64,000 bases of DNA from Candidatus Binataceae bacterium (lineage in GTDB: Bacteria > Desulfobacterota > Binatia > Binatales > Binataceae). Location of the stretch: positions 1,446-65,445 of the forward strand of contig JASHOJ010000187.1 in assembly GCA_030041155.1 (NCBI GenBank), written 5' to 3'. Both the position numbers and the translations under genes were made by a program. Below the pieces are notes generated by a model. It was not told the origin of the DNA, did not search any database, and was given only the letters and a program-made list of their open reading frames with translations. Below, in pieces: positions 49,190 to 59,099 of this stretch. How positions within the stretch are numbered: the stretch's first letter is position 1; each line of letters starts with the position of its first letter.

Positions 49190-49235
49190 ATTCGTAATCA
49201 GCAGGTCGTCGGTTCGAATCCGACGGGTGGCTCCA
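49190..49235 (+). other. att site: 3' half of tRNA-Thr(CGT), not a complete tRNA
   Basis: ATTCGTAATCAGCAGGTCGTCGGTTCGAATCCGACGGGTGGCTCCA contains the anticodon loop, T arm and CCA; no 5' acceptor strand or D arm upstream. Confidence 0.88.
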
Positions 49236-49299
49236 AAAAACCCAATAAAATCATGCACTTTTGACGGCGATCGGCTAGCTGAATTGACAATAAGCATTT

Positions 49300-49320
49300 T
49301 GTGTCACCACTGTGTCACCA
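49300..49320. repeat. Direct repeat TGTGTCACCA x2 (candidate arm sites of a second element)
   Basis: Two perfect 10-mers 1 bp apart, 65 bp outside the att site. Confidence 0.6.
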
Positions 49321-49540
49321 TCCGGTGTGTGAGTCCCCGTCTTCAGCTAAGGGAGGGAGCGCGCAGGCGATTCAAGGCTGCCAGGCAATCAGAATAGAGT
49401 GCCTGCACATCCCCGTCGGGCAGCATTCGGAACCAGAAGTGCGATAAGAAGTGCTCAATCGGCGCGGGCCAACAAGACCGGGCGAAAAGAGCCCCAGCTA
49501 CTGGGGACCTCCGGCTCCCCGGTGCTACAATTGGTTTGAT

Positions 49541-50494
49541 GTGGATTTACTAAAGAATGCCATCAGCTCCATAAAAGTCGGGGTCGAAGATTCCCAATCG
49601 ACTGAACACGAGCGTTTACTCTCGGCAGTTCGCAACATCTACGCCGGCATCCTCCTTCTTTACAAAGAGAAGTTGCGCCGACTCTCGCCTCCAAACAGCG
49701 ACGAGGCCTTACTCAAAGCGATAATCCTTCCCAGGCTGGACGCCGACGGCAAGGTAATCTTCATGGGCCGAGGAAGGAAGACGGTTGACGTGCAGCAGAT
49801 GAAGGAGCGTTTCGCTTCGCTCGGAATCGCAACCGACTGGGGCCGGTTCGACCGCATCAGCGGAGTCCGGAACGATCTCGAACATTACTATGCGAACGTC
49901 AGCGAGGCTCAACTAAGGGGACTGATCTCTGATGCATTTGTCCTGGTACGCGACTTCGTGGTCAGCCAGCTAGACGAGGATCCGAGAGCGCTCCTAGGCG
50001 AAGACGCTTGGCAGGAGATGCTCGCCGTTTCTGAAGTTTTCGAGAAAGAGCGCAGAGAGTGTCAAGAATTGCTGGAGTCGATCGAGTGGGCGTCCGATGC
50101 TCTATGTCGTGGAGTGCTAAGCTTAGCATGCGAGAATTGTGGCTCTCCCCTGCTTCGAGCTGGCCCCGCAGCAGCGGCCCAGCAGGATGAGGTCGGGTTG
50201 GAGTGTCGTGCCTGCGGAGAGCGCGAAGAACGAGAATCTTTTGTGCCGCGGGCCATCGCCTCAGCTTTGGAAAATGAACTGTACCTGTCGCACTCGGACG
50301 GTAACGAGACGCCTTACGTCGCGTGCCCCGAATGCTCCGTTGAAGCGTATGTTATCGAAGAAGGCCGCTGCGCGCTCTGCGGGCATGAGGCCGACCATTC
50401 ATGCTCGAGTTGCGGTGGTAACATTCCACCCGAGGAGTTGGACTCCTCTCCGCTTTGCGGCTGGTGCGCACACATGATGTCGAAGGACGATTAG
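49541..50494 (+). CDS. Hypothetical protein with HEPN-like motif and multiple C-terminal zinc ribbons
   Basis: VRNDLEHY (Rx4H); CENC, CRAC, CPEC, CALC, CSSC and CGWC; start probably GTG at 49541. Confidence 0.7.
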   Translation: MDLLKNAISSIKVGVEDSQSTEHERLLSAVRNIYAGILLLYKEKLRRLSPPNSDEALLKAIILPRLDADGKVIFMGRGRKTVDVQQMKERFASLGIATDWGRFDRISGVRNDLEHYYANVSEAQLRGLISDAFVLVRDFVVSQLDEDPRALLGEDAWQEMLAVSEVFEKERRECQELLESIEWASDALCRGVLSLACENCGSPLLRAGPAAAAQQDEVGLECRACGEREERESFVPRAIASALENELYLSHSDGNETPYVACPECSVEAYVIEEGRCALCGHEADHSCSSCGGNIPPEELDSSPLCGWCAHMMSKDD

Positions 50495-50688
50495 TTGTAC
50501 TCCGAGTCATCGCGCAACACCCCACCTCCGACGATTCAGCCCTAACACAACAATCGCTGTTCGTTGATTCAAATCCGTCATTGCGACGTGGTTTCCCTCA
50601 ACAGTGGCGCGAGAATTGCTGATGCTCAGAACTCAGCGAGCACGAATTTCACAACACGTGCTCGATAGTTCAGCAGCGAGGCGTCGGC

Positions 50689-50812
50689 ATGGAAGGCAGC
50701 GTCTACCTCAAAGCGCGGCAGGAATGGGACGAGCGTTACGCTGATCTGGTTCTCGGCAAACGCAACTGGCAGATCGCCGCCGGCTGCTCGCTCGTTATCA
50801 GTCTCATGCTCG
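50689..50812 (+). pseudogene. N-terminal fragment of a second TrbF/VirB8 gene
   Basis: MEGSVYLKARQEWDERYADLVLGKRNWQIAA matches the TrbF N-terminus; similarity is lost after about 40 codons. Confidence 0.75.
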
Positions 50813-50836
50813 AGGCGGCATCTGGGCGGCAATCTC

Positions 50837-51964
50837 TCAGTCGGGTTTTCGCGCCGGACTTTCGGCTGAATCCTCGTCTACATCGTCAAAGCCGGGCGGA
50901 AGTGCGGACTCGCGCTCCCGATCTTGTGCAGACCGCCGATTTCTCAGACGTTCGATAAGGCCGCGCCTCATTGAAGTCAGTTCCGCAGGCAGATTGTTCA
51001 CAGCCTCATCCTCGAAGCTTAGGTTCAGGTAATCCAACGCCAGGCTGGCCACTGCCTCGCCTTGACGGAAATCGCGCTTTCGTTTCATCGGGTCGCGCGT
51101 CGGATGCGTCGAAAGCCAGAGTTTGTGCAGGGCAAAAACACGCGGGTCCGGGACGACGAATCGTACCGGGTAACCATTTTCCGCGATTACAACTTGCGTC
51201 GTTCGTGGCGCGTCGGCTATCCAGTCCAACCCCTGCAAGGGTTCCGGTACGAGGTCTTCATTGCTGCCGAGACTCATAGCTGGCCGATTCTCTGAGAGCG
51301 GCGCACGGATGAGGTCGACCATGAAGCCCTTGTTGTTCACGGCGCGGAAAGAACGTTGGCGCGCGGGGCGAAAGGTCTTATCGACCTTTTGAATCAACCC
51401 CAGCAGTCCGGAACTTCGAACGTCACCAGCGATCTCAAGCTCCGATTTTGTGTGTAGGAGCGTATCGAGGTCGTTCGTTTGAAGAAGGCCGGCCTTAAGC
51501 TGAACGCCGGCAGCCATCTCGTAGGCATAAATGGCGTGGCTGCCGAGGACGATCAGGTGTGTGCCCAAGACGCCCTTGGAGTCGAGCAGTCTTACGATAT
51601 CGGCGGCGATCCTCGGAACGCGATTGACCCCAGCCGCGACGCAGAACTTGGATCGCGCAGCGATCTCGCCTTCGAGGGCTTTGATCTGCTCTCTAAGTTC
51701 GTTCTTCCTTGCGGTGAACCGCTGAAGGACTTCCTCCGTTTTCGCCGAGCGCGGGCCCAGCGACTGTTGGTGCCCCTCGCGGTCGAGCGTCTTTACCAGA
51801 TACTCTTTGGAGCCAACCCGCTTCCAATGGAGGCCACCCCTGAATTTCGCGTACTCTTGTTGGAGATCAGTGAAGTGTTGATAGAGCTGGACAGCATCGA
51901 CCGCTACCCTCCGCTGCTCCGCAGTTAATTCCTTGAATTTCAGGAGTTTTCCTCTCCAAATCAA
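50837..51964 (-). CDS. GSU2403-like nucleotidyltransferase-fold protein
   Basis: GGLHWKRV..KEYL, LGPRS..TE, VLGSHAIYAYE, TNDLD and PDPRVFALHKLWLS. Confidence 0.8.
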   Translation of the reverse strand: MIWRGKLLKFKELTAEQRRVAVDAVQLYQHFTDLQQEYAKFRGGLHWKRVGSKEYLVKTLDREGHQQSLGPRSAKTEEVLQRFTARKNELREQIKALEGEIAARSKFCVAAGVNRVPRIAADIVRLLDSKGVLGTHLIVLGSHAIYAYEMAAGVQLKAGLLQTNDLDTLLHTKSELEIAGDVRSSGLLGLIQKVDKTFRPARQRSFRAVNNKGFMVDLIRAPLSENRPAMSLGSNEDLVPEPLQGLDWIADAPRTTQVVIAENGYPVRFVVPDPRVFALHKLWLSTHPTRDPMKRKRDFRQGEAVASLALDYLNLSFEDEAVNNLPAELTSMRRGLIERLRNRRSAQDRERESALPPGFDDVDEDSAESPARKPD

Positions 51965-52097
51965 AAATACCTACGACTGAAAGGAAAATCAAGCTGCGGA
52001 GCGGTATATTATGCATCTGCGGGACCCGTTGAGTGGCTGTTTCCTTTAAAAAGTACGTGGTTAATGATTTGAAAGGAAGGGCCACCCATTTTGAGTC

Positions 52098-53192
52098 CTA
52101 CGCGGCGCGGTTGAGGACCATGTAGTGCAGGCCCTTGGAAATCGGCGCAAGCCCGCTGGCAATCAGCGACCAGGTTTCGCCGCCGTCGTCGGTCGCGAAC
52201 ACCTCGCCCGAGGTCGTGCCGGCAAACACCGAGAATGAATCGTCCCACTCCTCGAGAGTCATCGCCTCGACCGCGGATCGCCACTGCTCGGGAGCGGGCA
52301 GACCTCCACTCAGAATTTTCCAGGTCCGGCCATGGTCGCGGCTGAGACCGATTCGCGATCCGGCAAACGCCGTTTGCATCCAGGTAAACGGATTTCCGCG
52401 AGCGCCCGATGCGACCAGCACCTCCGGGTTGCTCGGCAAATACGTAAGCTGATCCGGATAGCCGCCGATCGGCGATTTCGTGTCGCTGTAGCGAGTCCAG
52501 CTCTTACCTCGATCGTCGCTGACGCACAGACCCGTGCCGCCCATCATGTAGAGGCGCGCCGGTGACTTCGGATGGATCACCAACCGGTGCACATCGAAGT
52601 CGAAATCTCCCTCGAAGCCGGAAATCTCGCGCCAGCTTTCACCACCGTCGGTGCTGCGAAGAAGGTCTCCCTGCTCGATGCTGGCATAGATGGTTGCGGG
52701 ATCGTCGGGCGCGACCGTAATCACTTTGACGTGCGCCTGATGCGGCGGTCCCGGGAAAGTCCATCGCGCCACGCCTGCGCCGGATCGGAGCGATGGGCTC
52801 TCGCGCCACGTCTCGCCGAGGTCGTCGCTCAAGTAGAAGTGCGCGGGTTCGGTCCCCGCAAACAACCTGAGTTTGCCGTTCAATGACGTAGCGCCGAGGC
52901 TGTAAACGTCGTTGTGCGCGATTCCGGCATCGCGATGCTCCCAGGTTTTGCCGTCGTCCCGGCTCATCATGACGCCGCCGTGATAAATCGCCGCCAGCAT
53001 CAGGCCCGCCTGCGGCATGATCATCGAGCTGATATGCGCGCCCTTAAGTGTTTGCTCGCCAACTCGCCATCCGTGAAGCTCTTTTGTGCGTTCAAGCCTC
53101 ACTACTCCGTCGGCCGTGCCGACCAGGAGCTCGCGCGAAGGCCGATCAGACGCATAAACCGAGGTACCGCTGTGGGTCAGGGTAATTGCCAT
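52098..53192 (-). CDS. BNR/Asp-box repeat beta-propeller (glycosyl hydrolase-like)
   Basis: Repeated SxDxGxTW boxes and FAGTEPAH. Confidence 0.85.
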   Translation of the reverse strand: MAITLTHSGTSVYASDRPSRELLVGTADGVVRLERTKELHGWRVGEQTLKGAHISSMIMPQAGLMLAAIYHGGVMMSRDDGKTWEHRDAGIAHNDVYSLGATSLNGKLRLFAGTEPAHFYLSDDLGETWRESPSLRSGAGVARWTFPGPPHQAHVKVITVAPDDPATIYASIEQGDLLRSTDGGESWREISGFEGDFDFDVHRLVIHPKSPARLYMMGGTGLCVSDDRGKSWTRYSDTKSPIGGYPDQLTYLPSNPEVLVASGARGNPFTWMQTAFAGSRIGLSRDHGRTWKILSGGLPAPEQWRSAVEAMTLEEWDDSFSVFAGTTSGEVFATDDGGETWSLIASGLAPISKGLHYMVLNRAA

Positions 53193-53467
53193 GATCGTTC
53201 TCCTTGAGAAGGGCGCTGGACAGCACGATTGTGCGTCCGCCTCTGCCGAAACGCAAAGGCGATAGAACCAGCCGCTCAGGTCTCGGGGAGCGACTCCGAC
53301 AGCCGCCCCGCAATACTCGGCGCATTCAGCGTCGCCTGCTCCGTGAAAACCTTAACCATCCTTGATGAATTTCCGTTAATCGTCGCGCCGCGGCCCGGCT
53401 TCCCATATGGATCGCTGCTGCTTGGTGAAACGAACCCGGCTCGGATTCCGTCTGAGGATTAGGAGGT

Positions 53468-53683
53468 TTGGTCATGAAAATAATGATCTCGGCAATCGCA
53501 GCGTTCTTCATGCTGTTCATGATGATCATGCCAATAAGCGCTTCCGCTGATTCGACCGTCACACCCCAGAATCCGCCTGCTGCTTACGGGCAGATTTACC
53601 AAACGGCTTACTGGGGACATCACTACGGCGGCGCCTGCCGCAACCCGCGCTTCCGCCATCATCATCGGTGGCTCTGCTGGTAG
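53468..53683 (+). CDS. Small secreted protein
   Basis: Signal peptide ending ASA, RBS AGGAGG and His/Cys C-terminus. Confidence 0.55.
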   Translation: MVMKIMISAIAAFFMLFMMIMPISASADSTVTPQNPPAAYGQIYQTAYWGHHYGGACRNPRFRHHHRWLCW

Positions 53684-53903
53684 AAACCCGAAGGTGAACG
53701 CGCTGTAATTCGACTGACGCAAATCGAAAAGGCTAATCGAAGGGGTGGAAGCGTTAATTGCTGCCACCCTTTTCTGTTTATTGCGGTTGAGACTCCGGCA
53801 AGTGTTGTGCGAGGTGCTTGAGCCAGCCCCTCGTCGAGTTTCGTCTGGATAGCGCTACGGATGGATCGCGCTACGAAGCCCCGTTTGTTATAGCTTCTCG
53901 GCA

Positions 53904-55466
53904 ATGTCAACGGACAAGAACGATGGCGAGAATGGTTCGGTGTTGGCTCGAACTGCGCGCGAGGCCGTCATCTATGCGGTGCTGCTGAGCGCGGCGGTCG
54001 GCATCTACCTGATCATCCACTACTACGGCGAGCGAATTCCGATGCCCACGCGTCCGGCCGCACAACTCGGCCTCGTGGGCGGTCCGGCAACTGGTCATGA
54101 TGCTGACGTGATGCTCCACGTCCTGATCGCGCTCTCGCTAATAGTTGCGGTCGCGCGGGTAGGCGGAATCGTCTTTCACTTCCTTAGACAGCCAGCGGTA
54201 ATCGGCGAGATCGTCGCCGGCATCATGCTCGGTCCTTCCCTCCTGGGATACGTCTGGCCGAGTGCATTCAACTACTTGTTGCCTCCGATGGTCGCGCCTT
54301 TCCTGGACGTGTTGGCGCAGCTCGGGATCATTCTTTACATGTTCCTGGTCGGACTCGAACTCGATCCGCGCGCGGTCGCCAAGAATGGGCAGGCAGCGGT
54401 CGCGATTTCGCACGCGAGCATTGTGGTGCCCTTCCTGCTCGGAACCGCGCTGGCGCTGGTGCTTTATCCCGAGATCGCCGCGCAGGGCATCCCTTTCACC
54501 GGCTTTTCTCTGTTCATGGGTATCTCGATGTCGGTGACGGCGTTTCCCGTGCTGTCGCGCATTCTGACCGACCTCGGCTACAACAAGACGCCGCTGGGCA
54601 CGACGGTGCTCACTTGCGCGGCGGTTGATGACGTGACCGCCTGGTGCCTGCTGGCAGTTGTAGTAGGCGTGGTCGAAGCCCGCGGCACCGGCAGCATCAT
54701 CACGATAGTGATGGCAATCACTTACATCATTCTGATGATCGTCCTGGTGCGTCCAACAATGGTGCGGCTGAGCCTGCATCAGGAGGGTCGCGAGCGCCTG
54801 ACCCAGGGCATCATCGCGATCGTCTTCATCCTGCTGCTGATCTCGGCACTGACGACGGAACTGATCGGCATCCATGCGATGTTCGGTGCGTTCGCGATCG
54901 GCGCAATCATTCCCTCCGACAGCAAGATGGCGCACGAAATGACCGACCGGCTCGAAGATGTGCTGGTGGTTCTGCTCCTGCCGACCTTCTTCGCACTGAC
55001 CGGCCTGCGGACTCGCATCGGCCTGGTCAGCGGGCAGGAAGCATGGATTATGTGCGGACTCACTATTCTGGTGGCGTCGGTCGGAAAATTCGGCGGCAGC
55101 TTCATCGCGGCTCGTCTTACCGGGATGAAGTCGCGCGACGCGTCGACGCTCGGCGTGCTTATGAACACGCGCGGTCTGGCCGAGTTGATCGTGCTGAATA
55201 TCGGGCTCCAGTTGCGCGTCCTCAATCCCAAGGTTTTTGCGATGCTGGTGGTAATGTCGCTGGTGACCACCCTCGCAACCTCTCCGATTCTTTACTTGAT
55301 AAGGCGCGACGAGTTGAACGCGATGCGCACCGAGCAAGGCGCTTTTCCGGTTGCATGGTTTCAGCGCGCAATATTCAAGCATGTGGAGCTGCGCAGACGC
55401 GGAGCGCTGTCTAAGTCCGCTGATTCAAGCACGGGGGCGATAGAAGCGGCAACGCAGGACCGCTAG
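53904..55466 (+). CDS. Cation:proton antiporter (CPA2/Kef-type)
   Basis: QPAVIGEIVAGIMLGPS, MFLVGLE, SVTAFPVLSRIL, AAVDDV and MNTRGL. Confidence 0.92.
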   Translation: MSTDKNDGENGSVLARTAREAVIYAVLLSAAVGIYLIIHYYGERIPMPTRPAAQLGLVGGPATGHDADVMLHVLIALSLIVAVARVGGIVFHFLRQPAVIGEIVAGIMLGPSLLGYVWPSAFNYLLPPMVAPFLDVLAQLGIILYMFLVGLELDPRAVAKNGQAAVAISHASIVVPFLLGTALALVLYPEIAAQGIPFTGFSLFMGISMSVTAFPVLSRILTDLGYNKTPLGTTVLTCAAVDDVTAWCLLAVVVGVVEARGTGSIITIVMAITYIILMIVLVRPTMVRLSLHQEGRERLTQGIIAIVFILLLISALTTELIGIHAMFGAFAIGAIIPSDSKMAHEMTDRLEDVLVVLLLPTFFALTGLRTRIGLVSGQEAWIMCGLTILVASVGKFGGSFIAARLTGMKSRDASTLGVLMNTRGLAELIVLNIGLQLRVLNPKVFAMLVVMSLVTTLATSPILYLIRRDELNAMRTEQGAFPVAWFQRAIFKHVELRRRGALSKSADSSTGAIEAATQDR

Positions 55467-55522
55467 CGAGTCTCGCGCGCGTTGGGAGTCCCGTTATCTC
55501 CAAAGACCCGGCGTCTGGATTC

Positions 55523-57592
55523 TCAAGGTAGACAGACGTTATGACCATTAATTAGGCATTGTTGGGGCGGCGTCATTACCGGCGCCGCCAAGCCTATTAT
55601 CTCGCTGACGCTGTTGCTGAGTCCGTTCGTCAGAAAAACGTTGCCTGAAGCATCCAAAGCCAGCCCGTTGATGTTGTCAAACGGTGCGCCCGAGGGAGCG
55701 AAGTTATATCCAGTAGCGTAGTTGCTGGCGCCAGTCAGCTCGGCCACGCTGTTGCTGGCGAGATTCGCGACGAAGACATTGGCAGAACTGTCTACCACCA
55801 ACCATCTGGGATCGTCGAAAGCCGCTCCTGCGGGGGCGAAGTTGAGTCCGGTGGCATAGCTGCTGGCGGCAGTCAGCTCGCTCACGCTATTGCCGATGAC
55901 GTTCGCAACGAAAATGTCGCCCGCCGCATCCAACGCGAGCGATGCAGGATAATCAAACGCGGCGCTCGACGGAGCGAAGTTGAGTCCGGTGGCATAGCCG
56001 CTGGCGGCAGTCAATTCGCTCACGCTAAATGGGGGGTTAGCGTAGTTTACGACAAAGGCGTTGTTAGAGGCGTCTAACGCTAGCGATAGAGGATAGTCAA
56101 TATATGCGGCTGAAGGAGTGAAGTTGAGTCCACTGGTATAGCCGCTGATGGCGGTCAACTCGCTGACGCTGTTCGTGTCAAGATTTGCGACGAAAAGGTT
56201 GCCGGAAGTATCCAACCCCATCATGTCAGGAAGATTCATGGCTGCGCCAGACGGAGTGAAGTTGAGTCCGCTGGCATAGCCGCTGGCGGCGGTTAACTCG
56301 CTCACGCTGTTACTAGTAGAGTTAGTCAAAAAAAGGTCATCCGAAATATCGATTACCAGGTACTGTACATTGTCCAAGGCTGCGTCTGAAGGAGCGAAGC
56401 TTAATCCGACTGTATAGCTGCTGGCCGCGGTCAGCTCGCTGACAGTGTTAGTGGCGAGATTCCCTGTGAAAAGGTTGCCGGCGTTATCCATAGCCAGTGG
56501 GCCGGGGTACTGCAGATTCGCACCCGAAGGCGCGAAGTTGAGCACCAACTCCCAATTATCGGGAGCCGCGGAGAGCGCGGGTGCGAGCAAGCTCAGACCC
56601 GTTGGCGGTGTGACTCCGAAGATCGTGCTCACGTTGGAGCCTGGGTTGGCTACTATCGCGTGAACCGCCGCCAAAGTGTCAGATATCGCGGGCGTGGCTG
56701 AGCAATTAGTGCCGTTCCAACTGGCTCCGGCCGTGGCCCCACAAAAAAGCTGCGCGCATTGATTCGATGATGGTCCGGCGGTGTTGATACACGAGGCGAC
56801 GATGTTGGCCAGCGTGTTCAGCCGCTCCAGCGCGTCGCAATTGATCGGCGGTGATCCACCCTCGCAATCCGCCGCCGTGGGCAGAAAGCTGGCCGGGACT
56901 CCGCTGTCGCTCGCGCTGGTGCCCACGCTGGTTACCAGGTCGTTCATTGACTGGTTGATCGCCTTGCTGAAACCCGCGGCATTAGTCGAGGATGTGCCCA
57001 ATTGTGTTCCGGTAGTATCGATGAATTGAGTCAGAGCCCATTGCGCGGCCACCGTGGTCAGTCCATTTACAGTCACATAAGTAGTTCGGCTGAGGTTGTT
57101 ACAGGGTCCGGCTAGCGCCATCAGGCCGATTGCAGAGTTGTTTCCACTGCCGGGATTTCCGCCGCTGGCAACTATGTAAGTAGCCACCGCTTCATTGCCT
57201 GCTGGACAGGTGTACTCAAGGTTGAAATCGCCGGAGGAGTCTGAAGAGCTAGTCCCCAGAGCCATCGCGCCAGCTCCGTAACATGACGAGCCTGAGCAGC
57301 TATTGGCAGGGCCGGCGGCGTAGAGCGTCACCATTGCGCCGGCTATGCCGCCGGCACCACCTTGGACGGAGCCGGAAATCGAAAGTGGAGTCGGAGTTGG
57401 AGTCGAGGTAGGAGTGGGGGTTGGGCTCGCACTCGGCGATCGCGAACCGCTGCTGCCACAGCCGTACACCGTGGCAAGGCTCGCGGTCAGGATCATGGTG
57501 AATAGCACCTGCAGATTTACCCGGCTTGTGAACGGCCGCCATACGATTTTTTGAAAACGAGCGTCGCACCCCTTCGCCATTTTCCACCTCAC
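55523..57592 (-). CDS. NHL-repeat secreted/lipoprotein
   Basis: Lipobox-like VYGC, PT-rich linker and about seven NHL-like repeats; true start probably downstream of 57592. Confidence 0.85.
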   Translation of the reverse strand: MRWKMAKGCDARFQKIVWRPFTSRVNLQVLFTMILTASLATVYGCGSSGSRSPSASPTPTPTSTPTPTPLSISGSVQGGAGGIAGAMVTLYAAGPANSCSGSSCYGAGAMALGTSSSDSSGDFNLEYTCPAGNEAVATYIVASGGNPGSGNNSAIGLMALAGPCNNLSRTTYVTVNGLTTVAAQWALTQFIDTTGTQLGTSSTNAAGFSKAINQSMNDLVTSVGTSASDSGVPASFLPTAADCEGGSPPINCDALERLNTLANIVASCINTAGPSSNQCAQLFCGATAGASWNGTNCSATPAISDTLAAVHAIVANPGSNVSTIFGVTPPTGLSLLAPALSAAPDNWELVLNFAPSGANLQYPGPLAMDNAGNLFTGNLATNTVSELTAASSYTVGLSFAPSDAALDNVQYLVIDISDDLFLTNSTSNSVSELTAASGYASGLNFTPSGAAMNLPDMMGLDTSGNLFVANLDTNSVSELTAISGYTSGLNFTPSAAYIDYPLSLALDASNNAFVVNYANPPFSVSELTAASGYATGLNFAPSSAAFDYPASLALDAAGDIFVANVIGNSVSELTAASSYATGLNFAPAGAAFDDPRWLVVDSSANVFVANLASNSVAELTGASNYATGYNFAPSGAPFDNINGLALDASGNVFLTNGLSNSVSEIIGLAAPVMTPPQQCLINGHNVCLP
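55600..56545 (-). repeat. Intragenic tandem repeats of about 44 codons (NHL blades)
   Basis: NSVSELTAASxYATGLNFAPSxA recurs with about 132-bp periodicity and visible DNA identity. Confidence 0.8.
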
Positions 57593-57953
57593 CTTTCACC
57601 TGCGCACACCCCATCGAAGCTCGGGTGAATCACGCTTCTCGATTAAGATGACGACAGACGCTACATAACCAGATACGTTGCACGTCCCACGATTGACCTA
57701 ACCGCCTGAGCATGGAATGCCTTATTATCGCGAGCTTCGTTTGCTTTACAGCACTCGCGCTGCATAAGTCTACATCTGTGCCGCTTTTTTCCTGACAATC
57801 GCGGACTCCGCTGAACCTTTACCAGGTCAATCAGCACGATCAGGCAACGCCCGCCTTGCGCGCTCCGGAAAAGGAAATCTGGTGTCGCTCTGTCCTGCCG
57901 TGGGCGATGAATCTACCTGCGATCGAAAAAACGCGGCCGCCAGTGAGAGCGCC

Positions 57954-58073
57954 AGTCTTGAGGGCAATGTCCGCCGCGCTATCGATGTTCACGAGGAGAT
58001 TGACGAAGGTGCATTCAAGGCTCTCATCCGAGCGGCGGTAGCGCTGAACAAATCGTTGTCCCGTCGCAAGTAA
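57954..58073 (+). pseudogene. C-terminal remnant of a DUF1801-like protein
   Basis: SLEGNVRRAIDVHEEIDEGAFKALIRAAVALN resembles the DUF1801 C-terminus; no matching N-terminus upstream. Confidence 0.55.
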
Positions 58074-58588
58074 CGGGAACGAGTCCAAGGATTCGGCACA
58101 TCCAATCGCACCGGCGTATCGAGCCAGCCTTAACTTGCGAGTGACGCCGAGTTCGTCCACGAGCTGCCGTACAGCCCGCCCCGACGCCCTGATCGCGCGG
58201 CCCAAGCTGCGGTAACGCGCGGTGCAAATATAGGCGAACGGAACTTTCGTGGTTGGGTTCCAGATGAAATCCCGGAACGTTCGTCCGACCGCACCGGCTC
58301 TCGTGTCGCTATGATCCGGCCACGCTCGTCGAGAACGAAAGCGGCATAGCGACAACTAGTGGCACACCACCTGATATCGGTCCAATGCCGCGCGACCGCG
58401 AAATCCACATCGTGTGCTCGGGTCCCTAGGGACGGGTTCGCTCGTCTGGCTTCCTCTTTAGAAGGTCTGATCAGCGTGAACTTTCCGCAGTGCTTCGCGA
58501 ACTGCACTCCTCGATTCGATTTGGTTTGAACAGTGAGTATGATATCTATCTCCAAACATCATACCAGACCAAAGAAAGAGAGGGGCTG

Positions 58589-59071
58589 ATGCAACGCGTA
58601 ACAATAACGCTCGACGATGATCTGGTGGCGCAGCTTGATCGGTTTATCAACGGTCGCGGCTATCAGAATCGTTCCGAAGCGATCCGCGACCTGGCTCGTG
58701 CGGGTGTTCAACTGGCAACGGAACAAGCTTATCCAGAAGCGCAATGCGCGGCGGCAGTAATTTACGTTTATGATCATGAGACCCGCGAGCTCCCGAAGCG
58801 GCTGACCCGCAGTTATCACAACCATAGCGACCTTTCGGTGGCGACCTTTCATATCCATTTGAATCGCGAGAGCTGTATGGAAGTGACGGCGCTAAGAGGA
58901 CGCACCGGCGAGGTGCGGCATTTCGCCGAACATGTTATTGCAGAGCGTGGGGTGCGGCACGGCAACATCGTCCTTGTGCCAATGCCATCCGGAAAACGCG
59001 CGCATCGAAATGGCGCGAAAGGGATTTTCGCTTCGAAATCCCTCAGCCACCGGATAGTGCGAACCGCCTGA
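58589..59071 (+). CDS. nikR: Nickel-responsive regulator NikR
   Basis: MQRVTITLDDDL, GYQNRSEAIRDL, YVYDH and FHIHL...CMEV. Confidence 0.93.
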   Translation: MQRVTITLDDDLVAQLDRFINGRGYQNRSEAIRDLARAGVQLATEQAYPEAQCAAAVIYVYDHETRELPKRLTRSYHNHSDLSVATFHIHLNRESCMEVTALRGRTGEVRHFAEHVIAERGVRHGNIVLVPMPSGKRAHRNGAKGIFASKSLSHRIVRTA

Positions 59072-59099
59072 GGCGGTCGCCGCGCGCATCTCAGTAGCC

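Larger units (their letters stand above)
1..49235. mobile_element. Integrative conjugative element inserted at tRNA-Thr(CGT); left end lies outside the window
   Basis: Integrase and excisionase at the left end, relaxase, T4CP and trb operon, then accessory cargo, ending in a tRNA 3'-half with arm-type repeats at 49005-49235. Confidence 0.85.

Noticed and set aside
49150..49235. Possible complete tRNA gene
   Set aside because: The 5' acceptor strand, D arm and 5' anticodon stem are missing, so it is treated as an att fragment
54138..55414. 414-aa antisense and 256-aa off-frame ORFs over the antiporter
   Set aside because: Shadow frames of a hydrophobic, high-GC gene
55600..56545. CRISPR-like periodic repeats
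   Set aside because: In-frame coding repeats of about 132 bp with no repeat-spacer structure; no cas genes and no CRISPR array seen anywhere in the window
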